In this document: in pieces, positions 48,024 to 57,424 of the stretch | Numbering within the stretch: position 1 is the stretch's first letter | Layout of the letters: each line of letters starts with the position of its first letter | Assembly: GCA_029055345.1 (NCBI GenBank) | Contig: JAIDDJ010000033.1 | Location: 13,381 to 77,380, forward strand | Source of the DNA: Muribaculaceae bacterium | GTDB taxonomy: Bacteria > Bacteroidota > Bacteroidia > Bacteroidales > Muribaculaceae | DNA length: 64,000 bases | Direction: 5' to 3' | Made by a program: the position numbers and the translations under genes | Notes under the pieces: generated by a model | Seen by the model: only the letters and a program-made list of their open reading frames with translations | What the model was told of the DNA's origin: nothing | Database searches by the model: none

Positions 48024-48180
48024 TTAGCTACGCTCACTAAAATTACTTATACATCCTTAAGCTTCCTCTACTAAAATTTATTTAGTATCCTCCTTTTAAA
48101 TCCTTAAGCTTTCTCAACTATAATTCCTTAAGTATCCACCTTTTAAATCCTAAGCTTCCTCAACTAAAAATTCTTAACCT
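48024..48180 (+). repeat. Degenerate tandem array (~46-47-bp period) of element-end-like units
   Basis: TAAGCTTCCTC(T/A)ACTAAAATT..AGTATCC.CCTTTTAAATCC repeated about 3.5 times. Confidence 0.75.
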
Positions 48181-48274
48181 TTAGGTCTGAATTTTGGGAT
48201 TGAAACCTTGGGGCAGGAGAGTGGGTTATATGTTTGTAAATACGAATTAATTGGGAACGGTCTTCTCGAAATAT

Positions 48275-48493
48275 TCATTGTTTCTCTTTCTTTATCAAAA
48301 ACAAGCGCAGGAGAATGATTACTGCCAGCTCTGCGATAAAGACAATTATTAACCGCGCTGTCTCACCCCTTTCTATCAAAGAGGGGGCGAACCATATAGT
48401 CATTCCGAAAAGATATATTAATAAAAGTGCAGGAAGCCAGACTGAACGCTTAATTTTTGGCTTGTGCGACTTGTTGGAGGGCGACGGGATCAT
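48275..48493 (-). CDS. Small two-TM membrane protein (72 aa)
   Basis: ATG at 48493; two hydrophobic helices with basic flanks; overlaps the exonuclease 3' end. Confidence 0.65.
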   Translation of the reverse strand: MIPSPSNKSHKPKIKRSVWLPALLLIYLFGMTIWFAPSLIERGETARLIIVFIAELAVIILLRLFLIKKEKQ

Positions 48494-49181
48494 CGAATTC
48501 TCTATAGTATTTTGATTGCTTATAGTCAAATCCCACAGTTGTGAGATAAGTATATATATTAATGCAGGCCAAAGCGTCAAGTGCAGCATATTCCTGCTGA
48601 TACCTTGTGAGCTCGGGAGCTTCCCAATTAGAAAGACGCTGCCCCTTGGAAATGCGTTTATCGAATAAAATCCCATAAATGCGCGAGAGACTGTTGTCAT
48701 CAATTTTAAATTCCTTTACGAAGCTCTGCAAATCTATGAACCCTTTAGGTTCAAGCTCACATATTTTACGCAGATTTATAAAATCATCATGAATTGACAG
48801 CCCTATCTTGTGTATCCTTTCATCTTCAAGAATGGACACAAGGCTCGCCGGCATCCCGATTTTATTCAGCCGGAATAGAAAGCTCTCCTCGGAAGTTGAA
48901 AGTTGCAGTAGGGCGACTGTATGCCGTTCTCCTCGTTTAAAGGTTGGCTTCGTTTCCGTATCAAATCCGATTATTTCGCTTTTTGACAACAACGAAATGG
49001 CATCCTCCATTCCATCTGCGGAGTCGATAACTCGAATTTTACCCTTGAAAGTTTCTGCAGGCAATTCTGAGAGTTCGGCTTTGGTGATGGAGGTTTTCCA
49101 GATTTTGGGAATTACCGGGGTAGGGGAGGGTGCCGGTCCGGTAGTTTCCATTTCCTCTTTTTGTAAATTTTTTTTGTTCAT
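48450..49181 (-). CDS. DEDDy 3'-5' exonuclease (RNase D/WRN-like)
   Basis: IGFDTET, LLQL, SNW..L...Q..YAALDA. Confidence 0.9.
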   Translation of the reverse strand: MNKKNLQKEEMETTGPAPSPTPVIPKIWKTSITKAELSELPAETFKGKIRVIDSADGMEDAISLLSKSEIIGFDTETKPTFKRGERHTVALLQLSTSEESFLFRLNKIGMPASLVSILEDERIHKIGLSIHDDFINLRKICELEPKGFIDLQSFVKEFKIDDNSLSRIYGILFDKRISKGQRLSNWEAPELTRYQQEYAALDALACINIYTYLTTVGFDYKQSKYYREFDDPVALQQVAQAKN

Positions 49182-49253
49182 TTTTTATCGTTCCTTTCCC
49201 CTCCTCTTGGCATTCAGACAGATCTCTGCCATGTAAATGCCATCAGATTATGA

Positions 49254-49901
49254 CTACATTTCTAAAAAGAAAGCATCCTCGAAATGTGTTTGAAGCCATC
49301 TTCTTATATAATTACGCGTATCTTCGGCGATTATTTTATCATAATCGAAATAGGTGTTATAAATCACACCGATTAAATTGATCCCATATTTCTTTAACGC
49401 ATATAGTGCGAGGAGAGTATGGCTAATGGAACCCAGCTTTCCATTTGTTACAAGAATTGCTGGAAGCTTGTTTTCCCTTATATAATCGATAGTCAGATAT
49501 TGTCCTTTTAACGGCACCATCAGGCCTCCGGCTCCCTCTATGAGAACGGTTGAATATTCATTTAGGAGTGCTTCAGATGCTGATGTTATTTTATTTAAGT
49601 CAATTTCTCGTCCGTCTATGCGGGCTGCCAATTCCGGACTACATGGATATGTGAATATTTCGGGCGCTGTCAGGCTTTTCTTATCTGCCTCGGCAAGTTC
49701 CATACCCATTATCTCCCTGTGTACGGCTATATCCTCGCTGTAACCATCGTTCCCGGTCTGCACCATCTTCATAGTGATGGCGTTGCCTCCTGTGGAATTA
49801 ATCAGATTTGCAAGATGCCCGGTGGCATAGCTTTTCCCTGCATCTGTGTCAATTCCGGTAATGAACACTTTCTCCGGCCAACTGAATTCTGTTATATCCA
49901 T
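49254..49901 (-). CDS. bioD: Dethiobiotin synthase
   Basis: FITGIDTDAGKS, KMVQTG, EGAGGLMVP; start MDITEF at 49901. Confidence 0.95.
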   Translation of the reverse strand: MDITEFSWPEKVFITGIDTDAGKSYATGHLANLINSTGGNAITMKMVQTGNDGYSEDIAVHREIMGMELAEADKKSLTAPEIFTYPCSPELAARIDGREIDLNKITSASEALLNEYSTVLIEGAGGLMVPLKGQYLTIDYIRENKLPAILVTNGKLGSISHTLLALYALKKYGINLIGVIYNTYFDYDKIIAEDTRNYIRRWLQTHFEDAFFLEM

Positions 49902-49918
49902 CTGCAAATATTTGTATA

Positions 49919-49955
49919 TAAAAAGAGATGCCCGGCTTCCAACGGCCGGGCATCT
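49919..49955 (-). terminator. Terminator after glyA
   Basis: AGATGCCCGGC-N8-GCCGGGCATCT followed by CTTTTT on the minus strand. Confidence 0.8.
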
Positions 49956-49963
49956 GAAATTAT

Positions 49964-51244
49964 TTACCAAGCAAACATCGGATATTCATTCATCATATCA
50001 TTGACCTCCTGTCTCACTGAAGCTATCACCTCAGGATCATCTGCGTTGGTCAGCACTTTATCTATCAGACCGGCAATTGTATCCATAAGCTCTTCCTTAG
50101 CTCCTCGGGTTGTGATGGCAGCTGTCCCGAAACGGAGACCACTTGTCAAGAACGGGCTTCTTGAATCATAAGGCACCATATTTTTGTTGGCCGTAATATC
50201 GGCTTCCACAAGCACTCGCTCTGCTTTCTTACCGCTCATCTCAGGGAATTTTGGCCGTAAGTCCACGAGCATGCAATGGTTGTCGGTACCATCCGAAATA
50301 ATTTTATATCCCCGTTTAATCAGGGCCTGTGCAAGAGCATCGGCATTCTTTTTGACCTGTACGGCATATTCCTTCCATTCAGGCTGGAGAGCTTCGCCGA
50401 AGGCCACGGCTTTAGCGGCTATGACATGCTCTAACGGACCACCTTGCACTCCCGGGAACACTGCAGAATCAAGCAGTGCTGACATTTTCTTTATTTCGCC
50501 TTTAGGAGTCTTTTTACCCCATGGATTATCAAAATCCTTTCCCATCAGGATAAGGCCTCCACGTGGGCCGCGGAGAGTCTTATGTGTGGTAGTGGTGACG
50601 ATATGAGCATGTTTCACCGGGTTTTCAAGAAGACCTGCTGCTATCAATCCTGCCGGATGCGCCATATCAACCATAAAAATGGCTCCTATTTCATCGGCAA
50701 GTTTACGGATACGTGCGTAGTCCCAGTCCCGGCTATATGCGCTTGCTCCGGCAACTATCAACTTCGGACGCTCCGCACGAGCCTTCTCTTCCATTTCCTC
50801 ATAGTTGACGCGGCCTGTCTCTTTGTCTACAGTATAGCTTATTGGCTTGAACATCAAACCGGAGAAGTTCACAGGGCTACCATGGCTCAGATGCCCGCCA
50901 TGGCTCAAATCCATTCCCATAAACTTATCTCCCGGTTCCAGACATGCCATAAAAACTGCCATATTGGCCTGAGCCCCGCTATGTGGCTGAACATTGGCCC
51001 ATTCTGCTCCGAAAAGCTTCTTTGCCCTGTCTATGGCAAGATTCTCCGCCTCGTCTACTACCTGACATCCTCCATAATAACGCTTGCCAGGATAGCCTTC
51101 TGCATATTTGTTGGTAAGACATGAACCCATGGCGCGCATCACTTCATCGCTGACAAAGTTTTCACTGGCGATCAACTCGATGCCTCTGCGCTGACGCAAA
51201 TGTTCACGGTCAATGATTTCAAAAATTTCGTTGTCTCTTTTCAT
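49964..51244 (-). CDS. glyA: Serine hydroxymethyltransferase
   Basis: [35 protein letters not shown]. Confidence 0.98.
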   Translation of the reverse strand: MKRDNEIFEIIDREHLRQRRGIELIASENFVSDEVMRAMGSCLTNKYAEGYPGKRYYGGCQVVDEAENLAIDRAKKLFGAEWANVQPHSGAQANMAVFMACLEPGDKFMGMDLSHGGHLSHGSPVNFSGLMFKPISYTVDKETGRVNYEEMEEKARAERPKLIVAGASAYSRDWDYARIRKLADEIGAIFMVDMAHPAGLIAAGLLENPVKHAHIVTTTTHKTLRGPRGGLILMGKDFDNPWGKKTPKGEIKKMSALLDSAVFPGVQGGPLEHVIAAKAVAFGEALQPEWKEYAVQVKKNADALAQALIKRGYKIISDGTDNHCMLVDLRPKFPEMSGKKAERVLVEADITANKNMVPYDSRSPFLTSGLRFGTAAITTRGAKEELMDTIAGLIDKVLTNADDPEVIASVRQEVNDMMNEYPMFAW

Positions 51245-51301
51245 GATATTCGGTTTAAGTATGTTTCTGATATTTCTGTCATATTTCCGGACTTTGTTCG
51301 G

Positions 51302-52594
51302 TTATCCGCCGAAGTTATCGTAATGTATGCTTGAGGGCTCAACTCCGAGGTTATAAAGCATATTATTGACTGCGTTGCTCATCGGGCCGGGTCCGCACAT
51401 GTAATATTCAATATCTTCAGGAGCATCATGATCCTTAAGATATGTCTTATACATCACGTCATGAACGAAACCGGGAGTGTAAGCCACACCGGCTGCATCC
51501 GCTGCCGGATCCGGTCTGTCGAGCGCGAGATGGAACTTGAAGTTCGGGAAATCTTTCTCAAGCTGCAGGAAATCTTCGAGATAGAATACTTCGTTAAGAG
51601 CTCTGGCCCCATAAAAATAATGCATCACGCGGTCGCGGGTATTGAGTGTCTTGGTCATCCACATTATCTGAGCCCTGAGAGGAGCCATACCGGCACCGCC
51701 ACCTACCCATATCATCTCGGCTTTCGAATCAACTATGGGGTGGAAATCGCCATAAGGTCCTGACATTAGAACCTTGTCACCCGGCTTGAGTGAGAAAATA
51801 TAACTTGAGGCTATACCCGGAGGAACATCCTGAAAGCCTACCTGGGGTTTGGGCTTGAAGGGAGGGGTGGCTATTCTGACTGTCAGCATAAACCGGTCAC
51901 CTTCCTCGGGATAATTTGCCATCGAGTATGCTCGCACCGTCTCTTCATCATTCTTGGCCTTGAGTGTGAAAAGACCGAATTGTTCCCAGGCTGGCAAATA
52001 TTCATCGCCAATCAGACTCTTGTCAATGTCTTTATCATAATCCATCGCGTATTTCGGAATACGAATCTGTGAGTAGCTGCCGGGTATGAAGTTCATATGC
52101 GCTCCTTCGGGGAGTTTCACTATAAATTCCTTTATGAAGGTAGCTACGTTCTTATTTGAAATTACTTCGCATTCATATTCTTTAACGTCAAGGGCTGCGG
52201 CATCGACCTTGACTTCCATATCGGATTTGACCTTGACCTGACAGCCAAGTCGCCAGTTGTCCTTGATTTGCTTTCTCGTGAAATGAACTGCCTCTGTCGG
52301 TAGAATATCACCTCCGCCGGAAACTACCTGAAGTTTGCATTGACCGCAGCTCCCCTTACCGCCACAAGCGCTTGATAAATGCACGCCGTTGTCGTTAAGA
52401 GTGGAGAGCAGTGATTTTCCGGCCGGCGCGTGAATAAGCTTTGAGCCGTCATTGATTGATATGGCTACCTCTCCGCTGTTGACAAGCCATGACTTGGCTA
52501 CAAGCAAGATGACAGTGAGCACTATTACTATTACGAGGAATATGATTGATGCTACAATCACACTATTCCACATTATTGCATTCAATATCGTCAT
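51302..52594 (-). CDS. nqrF: Na+-translocating NADH:quinone reductase subunit F
   Basis: 2Fe-2S motif CGGKGSCGQC, RAYSMA, GGAGMAP, YMCGP, DNFGG. Confidence 0.97.
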   Translation of the reverse strand: MTILNAIMWNSVIVASIIFLVIVIVLTVILLVAKSWLVNSGEVAISINDGSKLIHAPAGKSLLSTLNDNGVHLSSACGGKGSCGQCKLQVVSGGGDILPTEAVHFTRKQIKDNWRLGCQVKVKSDMEVKVDAAALDVKEYECEVISNKNVATFIKEFIVKLPEGAHMNFIPGSYSQIRIPKYAMDYDKDIDKSLIGDEYLPAWEQFGLFTLKAKNDEETVRAYSMANYPEEGDRFMLTVRIATPPFKPKPQVGFQDVPPGIASSYIFSLKPGDKVLMSGPYGDFHPIVDSKAEMIWVGGGAGMAPLRAQIMWMTKTLNTRDRVMHYFYGARALNEVFYLEDFLQLEKDFPNFKFHLALDRPDPAADAAGVAYTPGFVHDVMYKTYLKDHDAPEDIEYYMCGPGPMSNAVNNMLYNLGVEPSSIHYDNFGG

Positions 52595-52614
52595 GTCCTT
52601 AAAGTTTGGAGCAT

Positions 52615-53229
52615 TTACAGTTTAATTCCAAGGAAACTCATGAAGGCAATTCCCATAAGCCCTGTGATTATGAAGGTGATGCCGATTCCGCGTAGAGGTT
52701 TGGGAACGGCCTCAACATTCAGCCGTTCGCGGATTGCGGCAAGACAGGTAATGGCAAGCAGCCAGCCGATTCCGGAACCAACACCATATACGGTTGCCGT
52801 CCAGGCATTGCTGAATTCCCGCTGCTGCATAAACAGTACGGCCCCGAGTATAGCGCAGTTAACGGCTATCAGCGGTAGAAAGATTCCCAGTGAATTATAT
52901 AACCCGGGACTATATTTCTCTATTACCATCTCAAGAAGTTGCACGAGGGCTGCAATTACTGAGATAAACATTATCAGCCCGAGGAATGAAAGATCTGTTT
53001 CTGCGTATTCCTCGCCAAGCCAACTTAATGCTCCCGGAACGAGAATGTATTGGTTGATGCACCAGCACACCGGAAGAGCTATCAGCAGCACGAAAGTCAC
53101 CGCAACTCCTAAACCAAAGGCCGTCTTTACATTTTTTGATACCGCCAGATATGAACACATACCCAGAAAATAGGCGAATATCATATTGTCGATGAATATC
53201 GACCTGATGAACAGATTGAGATTTTCCAT
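52615..53229 (-). CDS. nqrE: Na+-NQR subunit E
   Basis: FLGMCSYLAVS, LPLIAVNCAI. Confidence 0.96.
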   Translation of the reverse strand: MENLNLFIRSIFIDNMIFAYFLGMCSYLAVSKNVKTAFGLGVAVTFVLLIALPVCWCINQYILVPGALSWLGEEYAETDLSFLGLIMFISVIAALVQLLEMVIEKYSPGLYNSLGIFLPLIAVNCAILGAVLFMQQREFSNAWTATVYGVGSGIGWLLAITCLAAIRERLNVEAVPKPLRGIGITFIITGLMGIAFMSFLGIKL

Positions 53230-53849
53230 TATTCCTGAAGGTCTTTATTGATTGAGCGGTGAGCCCATATGATACATGCCACTACTATCAAGGCCATCGG
53301 AGGCAATATCATCATGCCATTGTTCTGATAGCCCGCTTCATACCACCAATCCGGAAAAATTTGACATCCGAAAAGAGTGCCGCTCCCGAAAAGTTCACGG
53401 AAAAATGAGACAATGATTAGGATTATTCCATATCCCAGACCATTGCCTATGCCATCCAGAAAAGCAGGCCATGGGCGATTGTTGAGCGCAAATGCCTCCA
53501 GACGGCCCATGATTATGCAGTTGGTGATTATAAGACCGATGAATACAGATAGTGCTTTTGAAATTTCATAGTTCCATGCCTTAAGAACCTGGTCAACCAC
53601 TACTACAAGGGCGGCCACGACAACCAGTTGCACGATAATACGTATGGACGATGGAATCGTATTTCGAAGTAGCGAGATTAATACGTTGGCTATGGCGAGA
53701 ACTGCTGTAACGGATATGGTCATTACTAAGGCAGGTTCCATCTTGGCCGTAACAGCAAGCGCGGAGCAGATTCCGAGCACTTGTACTATCACCGGATTGT
53801 CTTTCGACAGCGGATTGACCAACGGCAGAAATGTCTTTTTTAAATTCAT
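53229..53849 (-). CDS. nqrD: Na+-NQR subunit D
   Basis: QVLGICSALAVT, GLIITNCIIMGR. Confidence 0.96.
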   Translation of the reverse strand: MNLKKTFLPLVNPLSKDNPVIVQVLGICSALAVTAKMEPALVMTISVTAVLAIANVLISLLRNTIPSSIRIIVQLVVVAALVVVVDQVLKAWNYEISKALSVFIGLIITNCIIMGRLEAFALNNRPWPAFLDGIGNGLGYGIILIIVSFFRELFGSGTLFGCQIFPDWWYEAGYQNNGMMILPPMALIVVACIIWAHRSINKDLQE

Positions 53850-53873
53850 CTCTTTATATCAATTCTAAACAGA

Positions 53874-54596
53874 TTAATTTGTCTTTTCCTTATTCTCGAG
53901 GCTTTTAAAATATGCCGTGTAGGGCTCAAGCGAATTTTGAAGCATCTTCTGGACTCCCTGACTCGTGATGGTCCCTCCGCTGATTGCGTGAACATATGCT
54001 CCTTCAGATGGTTCTTGTCCGTTCTTCACGACTTTTACCGACTGGAAGTCTCCGCTTGCGTTAAATATATCCTTGCCCTCAAATTGAGTGCTGAAAGCCG
54101 GTTTTTCTATCTCAGCCCCAAGTCCCGGAGTCTCTCCCTGATGAGCGAAATATGCTCCATAGATAGTCTCGCCGTTGGAATCCAATGCGATATAACCCCA
54201 AATCGGCCCCCAAAGACCCGCTCCATACACCGGAACGATATATTTGGTGCCTGCATCGGTGCTGCATTCATACACCGGCAGGAGACGGTCGTCTGCCGGT
54301 TTCTTAACTTCCTGGTCGACCTTCACGCTGAATGGATCTATGCCGTCATCTATTCTTTCCCCTTTGGAATTTACTATGAATGAGGCCTTGATATGTTGCT
54401 CGTAAAGCTCCGATATTGTCTCTCCTTCAGATGGAGTAATCAATGCGGCAGCCAGAATCTGACGTTTCTTATCGTTGGCTATATTCTCCTCTTGTTGAGG
54501 TCGCAAGGCCTGATATACCACCGACAGAACCACGCCGACGATCAGGACAAGCACTACTGCGTAGATGATTGTGTATGTGTTGCTTTGTTTGTTCAT
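53874..54596 (-). CDS. nqrC: Na+-NQR subunit C
   Basis: GLWGPIWGY, GETPGLG, FMN site ISGGTIT. Confidence 0.96.
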   Translation of the reverse strand: MNKQSNTYTIIYAVVLVLIVGVVLSVVYQALRPQQEENIANDKKRQILAAALITPSEGETISELYEQHIKASFIVNSKGERIDDGIDPFSVKVDQEVKKPADDRLLPVYECSTDAGTKYIVPVYGAGLWGPIWGYIALDSNGETIYGAYFAHQGETPGLGAEIEKPAFSTQFEGKDIFNASGDFQSVKVVKNGQEPSEGAYVHAISGGTITSQGVQKMLQNSLEPYTAYFKSLENKEKTN

Positions 54597-54606
54597 GGCT
54601 CGCGGT

Positions 54607-55800
54607 TTAAGAATTCTTTACTGTTATGCGGCGCATTCGACGGCGTATGTTGCTGTTGACCACGCAATAATCAATCAACGGGGCGAAGCAGTTCATCAGT
54701 AGCACTGAAAGCATAGCCCCCTCCGGATATCCCGTATTATATACTCTGATCAATATCGCAACTATACCTATCAAGGCTCCATATATGTATTTCCCTATAT
54801 TCGTCCGGCATGCTGTAACCGGGTCAGTTGCCATGAACACAATGGCAAACATGAATCCTCCGAGACCTAATTGCTCAAAAGGCGTGAGATATGATACCGG
54901 GTAAAGAGGGGAGGCCCAATTGTGAGCTATCAATGCCATAAAGAATCCCCCCAATACTCCCGACAGTATTATCCTCCAGTTGGCCATTCCGGTAAGAAGA
55001 AGGATTGCAGCTCCTATAAGTATGCAGAATGTGGAGGTCTCTCCCCAGCTGCCCGGATAGAATCCGAAGAATATATCAGTTGCTGTCAATGGGTCGCCGA
55101 GAACATTGGTCAGCGTCACTGCTCCATCCGAAGATGAGGCGAGTTGGCCTAAGGGTGTGGCTCCTGAGAATGAATCAACTGCCTGCTGACTGCCGAGCTG
55201 CACAAAAACATGGTCACCGCTCATCTTTGAAGGATAACTGAAGAAGAGGAATGCGCGGGTCACAAGCGCTACATTCAGGAAATTATATCCAGTGCCTCCG
55301 AACACTTCCTTTGCGAATATCACTGCAAAGGCAACCGCTACCGCAAGCATCCAGCATGGCGTGTCCACCGGGCAAATCATCGGTATAAGTATTCCGGATA
55401 CGAGGAATCCTTCCTGAATCTCATGCCCCCGCATCTGCGCTACTATAAACTCAATTCCCAGTCCGACTATGTAGGCCGTGAGAATCTGTGGTAGCACTGC
55501 GAAGAATCCATAGAAAAATAAACTGAAGAAATTTCGGTCAGCATCCCCTATGGCAAGGTAATGCTGCAATCCGATATTCCACATTCCGAACAGGCAGCAG
55601 GGCATTAACGCAAGCACCACTGTGATCATCGTTCGCTTTGAGTCATTACTGTCGTGAATATGAACACCTGAGCGGGATGTTTCATTCGGCGTGAATAAGA
55701 ACGTATAGAAGCCGTCAAACACGGAGTGTAGCTTTTCGAGCTTTCCTCCTTTCTCAAAATGAGGCTTTATTTTGTCAATATTTCGTTTTAATCCTTTCAC
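54607..55800 (-). CDS. nqrB: Na+-NQR subunit B
   Basis: KEVFGGTG, FMN site SGATPL, FMATDPV, YPEG. Confidence 0.96.
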   Translation of the reverse strand: MKGLKRNIDKIKPHFEKGGKLEKLHSVFDGFYTFLFTPNETSRSGVHIHDSNDSKRTMITVVLALMPCCLFGMWNIGLQHYLAIGDADRNFFSLFFYGFFAVLPQILTAYIVGLGIEFIVAQMRGHEIQEGFLVSGILIPMICPVDTPCWMLAVAVAFAVIFAKEVFGGTGYNFLNVALVTRAFLFFSYPSKMSGDHVFVQLGSQQAVDSFSGATPLGQLASSSDGAVTLTNVLGDPLTATDIFFGFYPGSWGETSTFCILIGAAILLLTGMANWRIILSGVLGGFFMALIAHNWASPLYPVSYLTPFEQLGLGGFMFAIVFMATDPVTACRTNIGKYIYGALIGIVAILIRVYNTGYPEGAMLSVLLMNCFAPLIDYCVVNSNIRRRMRRITVKNS

Positions 55801-55828
55801 TTCTCTGATAAGTTATTGGTTGTCGGTT

Positions 55829-57163
55829 TTAGAGAGTTTCATGGCGCAGATAGTCGAGTCCTTCGCGAACAAGTTTCTGCAATTCTATCTTGGATGTGTC
55901 CACAAATTCCGGTAATGCGAAGTCCTCAGGGGCTACTTCGTAGATGCCGAGCTGCTCCATTCGTTCTATATCCTTGGCCATAATGGCCTTAATCAGATAT
56001 TCGGGATAAATATCCATAGGGAACACCTTGTCATATTCGCCGCTTAGAATCATCGCGCGGTGACCACCCTTGACACGCGCATCGAATTTAAATGGCTTCG
56101 TCAGTCCATGCAAGAACGTGGGGAATGTCTTCTTGACACTGTATTTTGCCGGATTTAGTGAGGCCCAGCCCATGAATTCATCTGCATCATCCCCCTCCGG
56201 AATTGCAGTTATCTGGCGATAAGGATAACGGAGATAGCCATCCTGCGCGTTGACCATCACACCGGTAAGCACATTCCCGGAAATCACCCTGATTTTTCCT
56301 TCCCCGGTCTTCAGCTCTCCTTTGAGTAGGTCTTCAAGAGATGCGCCGATTATTGTTTTCACTATATGGGGATTCTTCATTTCGCCTCCAGTAAGGGCTA
56401 CTCGCGTCTGGAAATCCAATTCTCCGGTATTTACAAGACGACCGATTCTTACTGCAGTCTCTGCGTCAAGTGTCCATACGGTTTCACCTTTGTTGACCGG
56501 CGCTATGGCTGCAATCTGCGTGCCGACATTTCCCGCGGGATGTGGACCTTCAAATTCTACTGTTTCCGCAATCCTGCTTTCCAACCCCGACCCTTTTTTT
56601 ACCGATAGGTAGACTTTCCCGGGTGTAAGTAAAGACAATGCTTCCAATCCGGCTTCAAGCATCGGATATTCTTCTTGTCCGATCATCTGACCCGCAAGAG
56701 GGGCTGTATCAAACGCTGTCACGAATATATCGCGTGGAACAATATCGACAAACGGGACGATATCGAAAGGCCTCTGCCGAAGCATTCCGAAGAGTCCGCT
56801 CTTCAACAGAGCTTCTTTTACAGATTCAGCACCAACGGGCTTATCATAATTTTCTTTACGGGATTCTCCATCGCTTATCACGGATACATACATGATTTTA
56901 CGACGTTCGCCACGGTTCACTTCTTCTATCTCTCCGCTGAGTGGAGAAGTGAGGCAAACCCTCGGGTCTTCTTTGGCGTAGAGTAGGGTAGAACCCTTCG
57001 ATACTTTTTCCCCCGGTTTCACCGCTACCTTCCATGTGTAGCCCGGAAAATCATCTGGAACTATGGCAACCTTCTTTATGGAAAGAGCATCTGTCATTTC
57101 ATCTGATGCCGCGCCTTCAAGAGGTATATTAAGTCCCTTCTTTATCTTTATGACTTTACTCAT
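55829..57163 (-). CDS. nqrA: Na+-NQR subunit A
   Basis: IKIKKGLNIPL, GPHPAGNVG, LGIYEVAPEDFALPEF. Confidence 0.96.
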   Translation of the reverse strand: MSKVIKIKKGLNIPLEGAASDEMTDALSIKKVAIVPDDFPGYTWKVAVKPGEKVSKGSTLLYAKEDPRVCLTSPLSGEIEEVNRGERRKIMYVSVISDGESRKENYDKPVGAESVKEALLKSGLFGMLRQRPFDIVPFVDIVPRDIFVTAFDTAPLAGQMIGQEEYPMLEAGLEALSLLTPGKVYLSVKKGSGLESRIAETVEFEGPHPAGNVGTQIAAIAPVNKGETVWTLDAETAVRIGRLVNTGELDFQTRVALTGGEMKNPHIVKTIIGASLEDLLKGELKTGEGKIRVISGNVLTGVMVNAQDGYLRYPYRQITAIPEGDDADEFMGWASLNPAKYSVKKTFPTFLHGLTKPFKFDARVKGGHRAMILSGEYDKVFPMDIYPEYLIKAIMAKDIERMEQLGIYEVAPEDFALPEFVDTSKIELQKLVREGLDYLRHETL

Positions 57164-57196
57164 CTGCTTGGGTATTTTTCCAATCCGAATAATTAC

Positions 57197-57229
57197 GCAA
57201 AAATATAAAAAATCGTTAACCTATCCAAA
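57197..57229 (-). promoter_or_regulatory. Probable nqr operon promoter
   Basis: Minus strand TTTG..~20 nt..TATTTTTG about 35 nt upstream of the nqrA ATG. Confidence 0.6.
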
Positions 57230-57350
57230 ATATTATTTATAAAATGCAAAATTTAAATTTCAAGCGACTACGGAACACTCGGATTCAGCTTTATTATCGC
57301 GTCCGGTAGCCGGGACCTGCACCATTTATGGGAAGGAGTGATCTTTCTTA

Positions 57351-57394
57351 AAAATAAATAACGCGGCCTCACTTGGAAGTCGCGTTATTTTTTT
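57351..57394. terminator. Terminator downstream of the TPR gene, possibly bidirectional
   Basis: AAATAACGCG..CGCGTTATTT flanked by A and T tracts. Confidence 0.8.
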
Positions 57395-57424
57395 ACTATT
57401 AGAAATTATAACTGAAACGGAATC

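Noticed and set aside
48024-48180. Possible CRISPR array
   Set aside because: The units are head-to-tail with no unique spacers, and there are no cas genes in the window.
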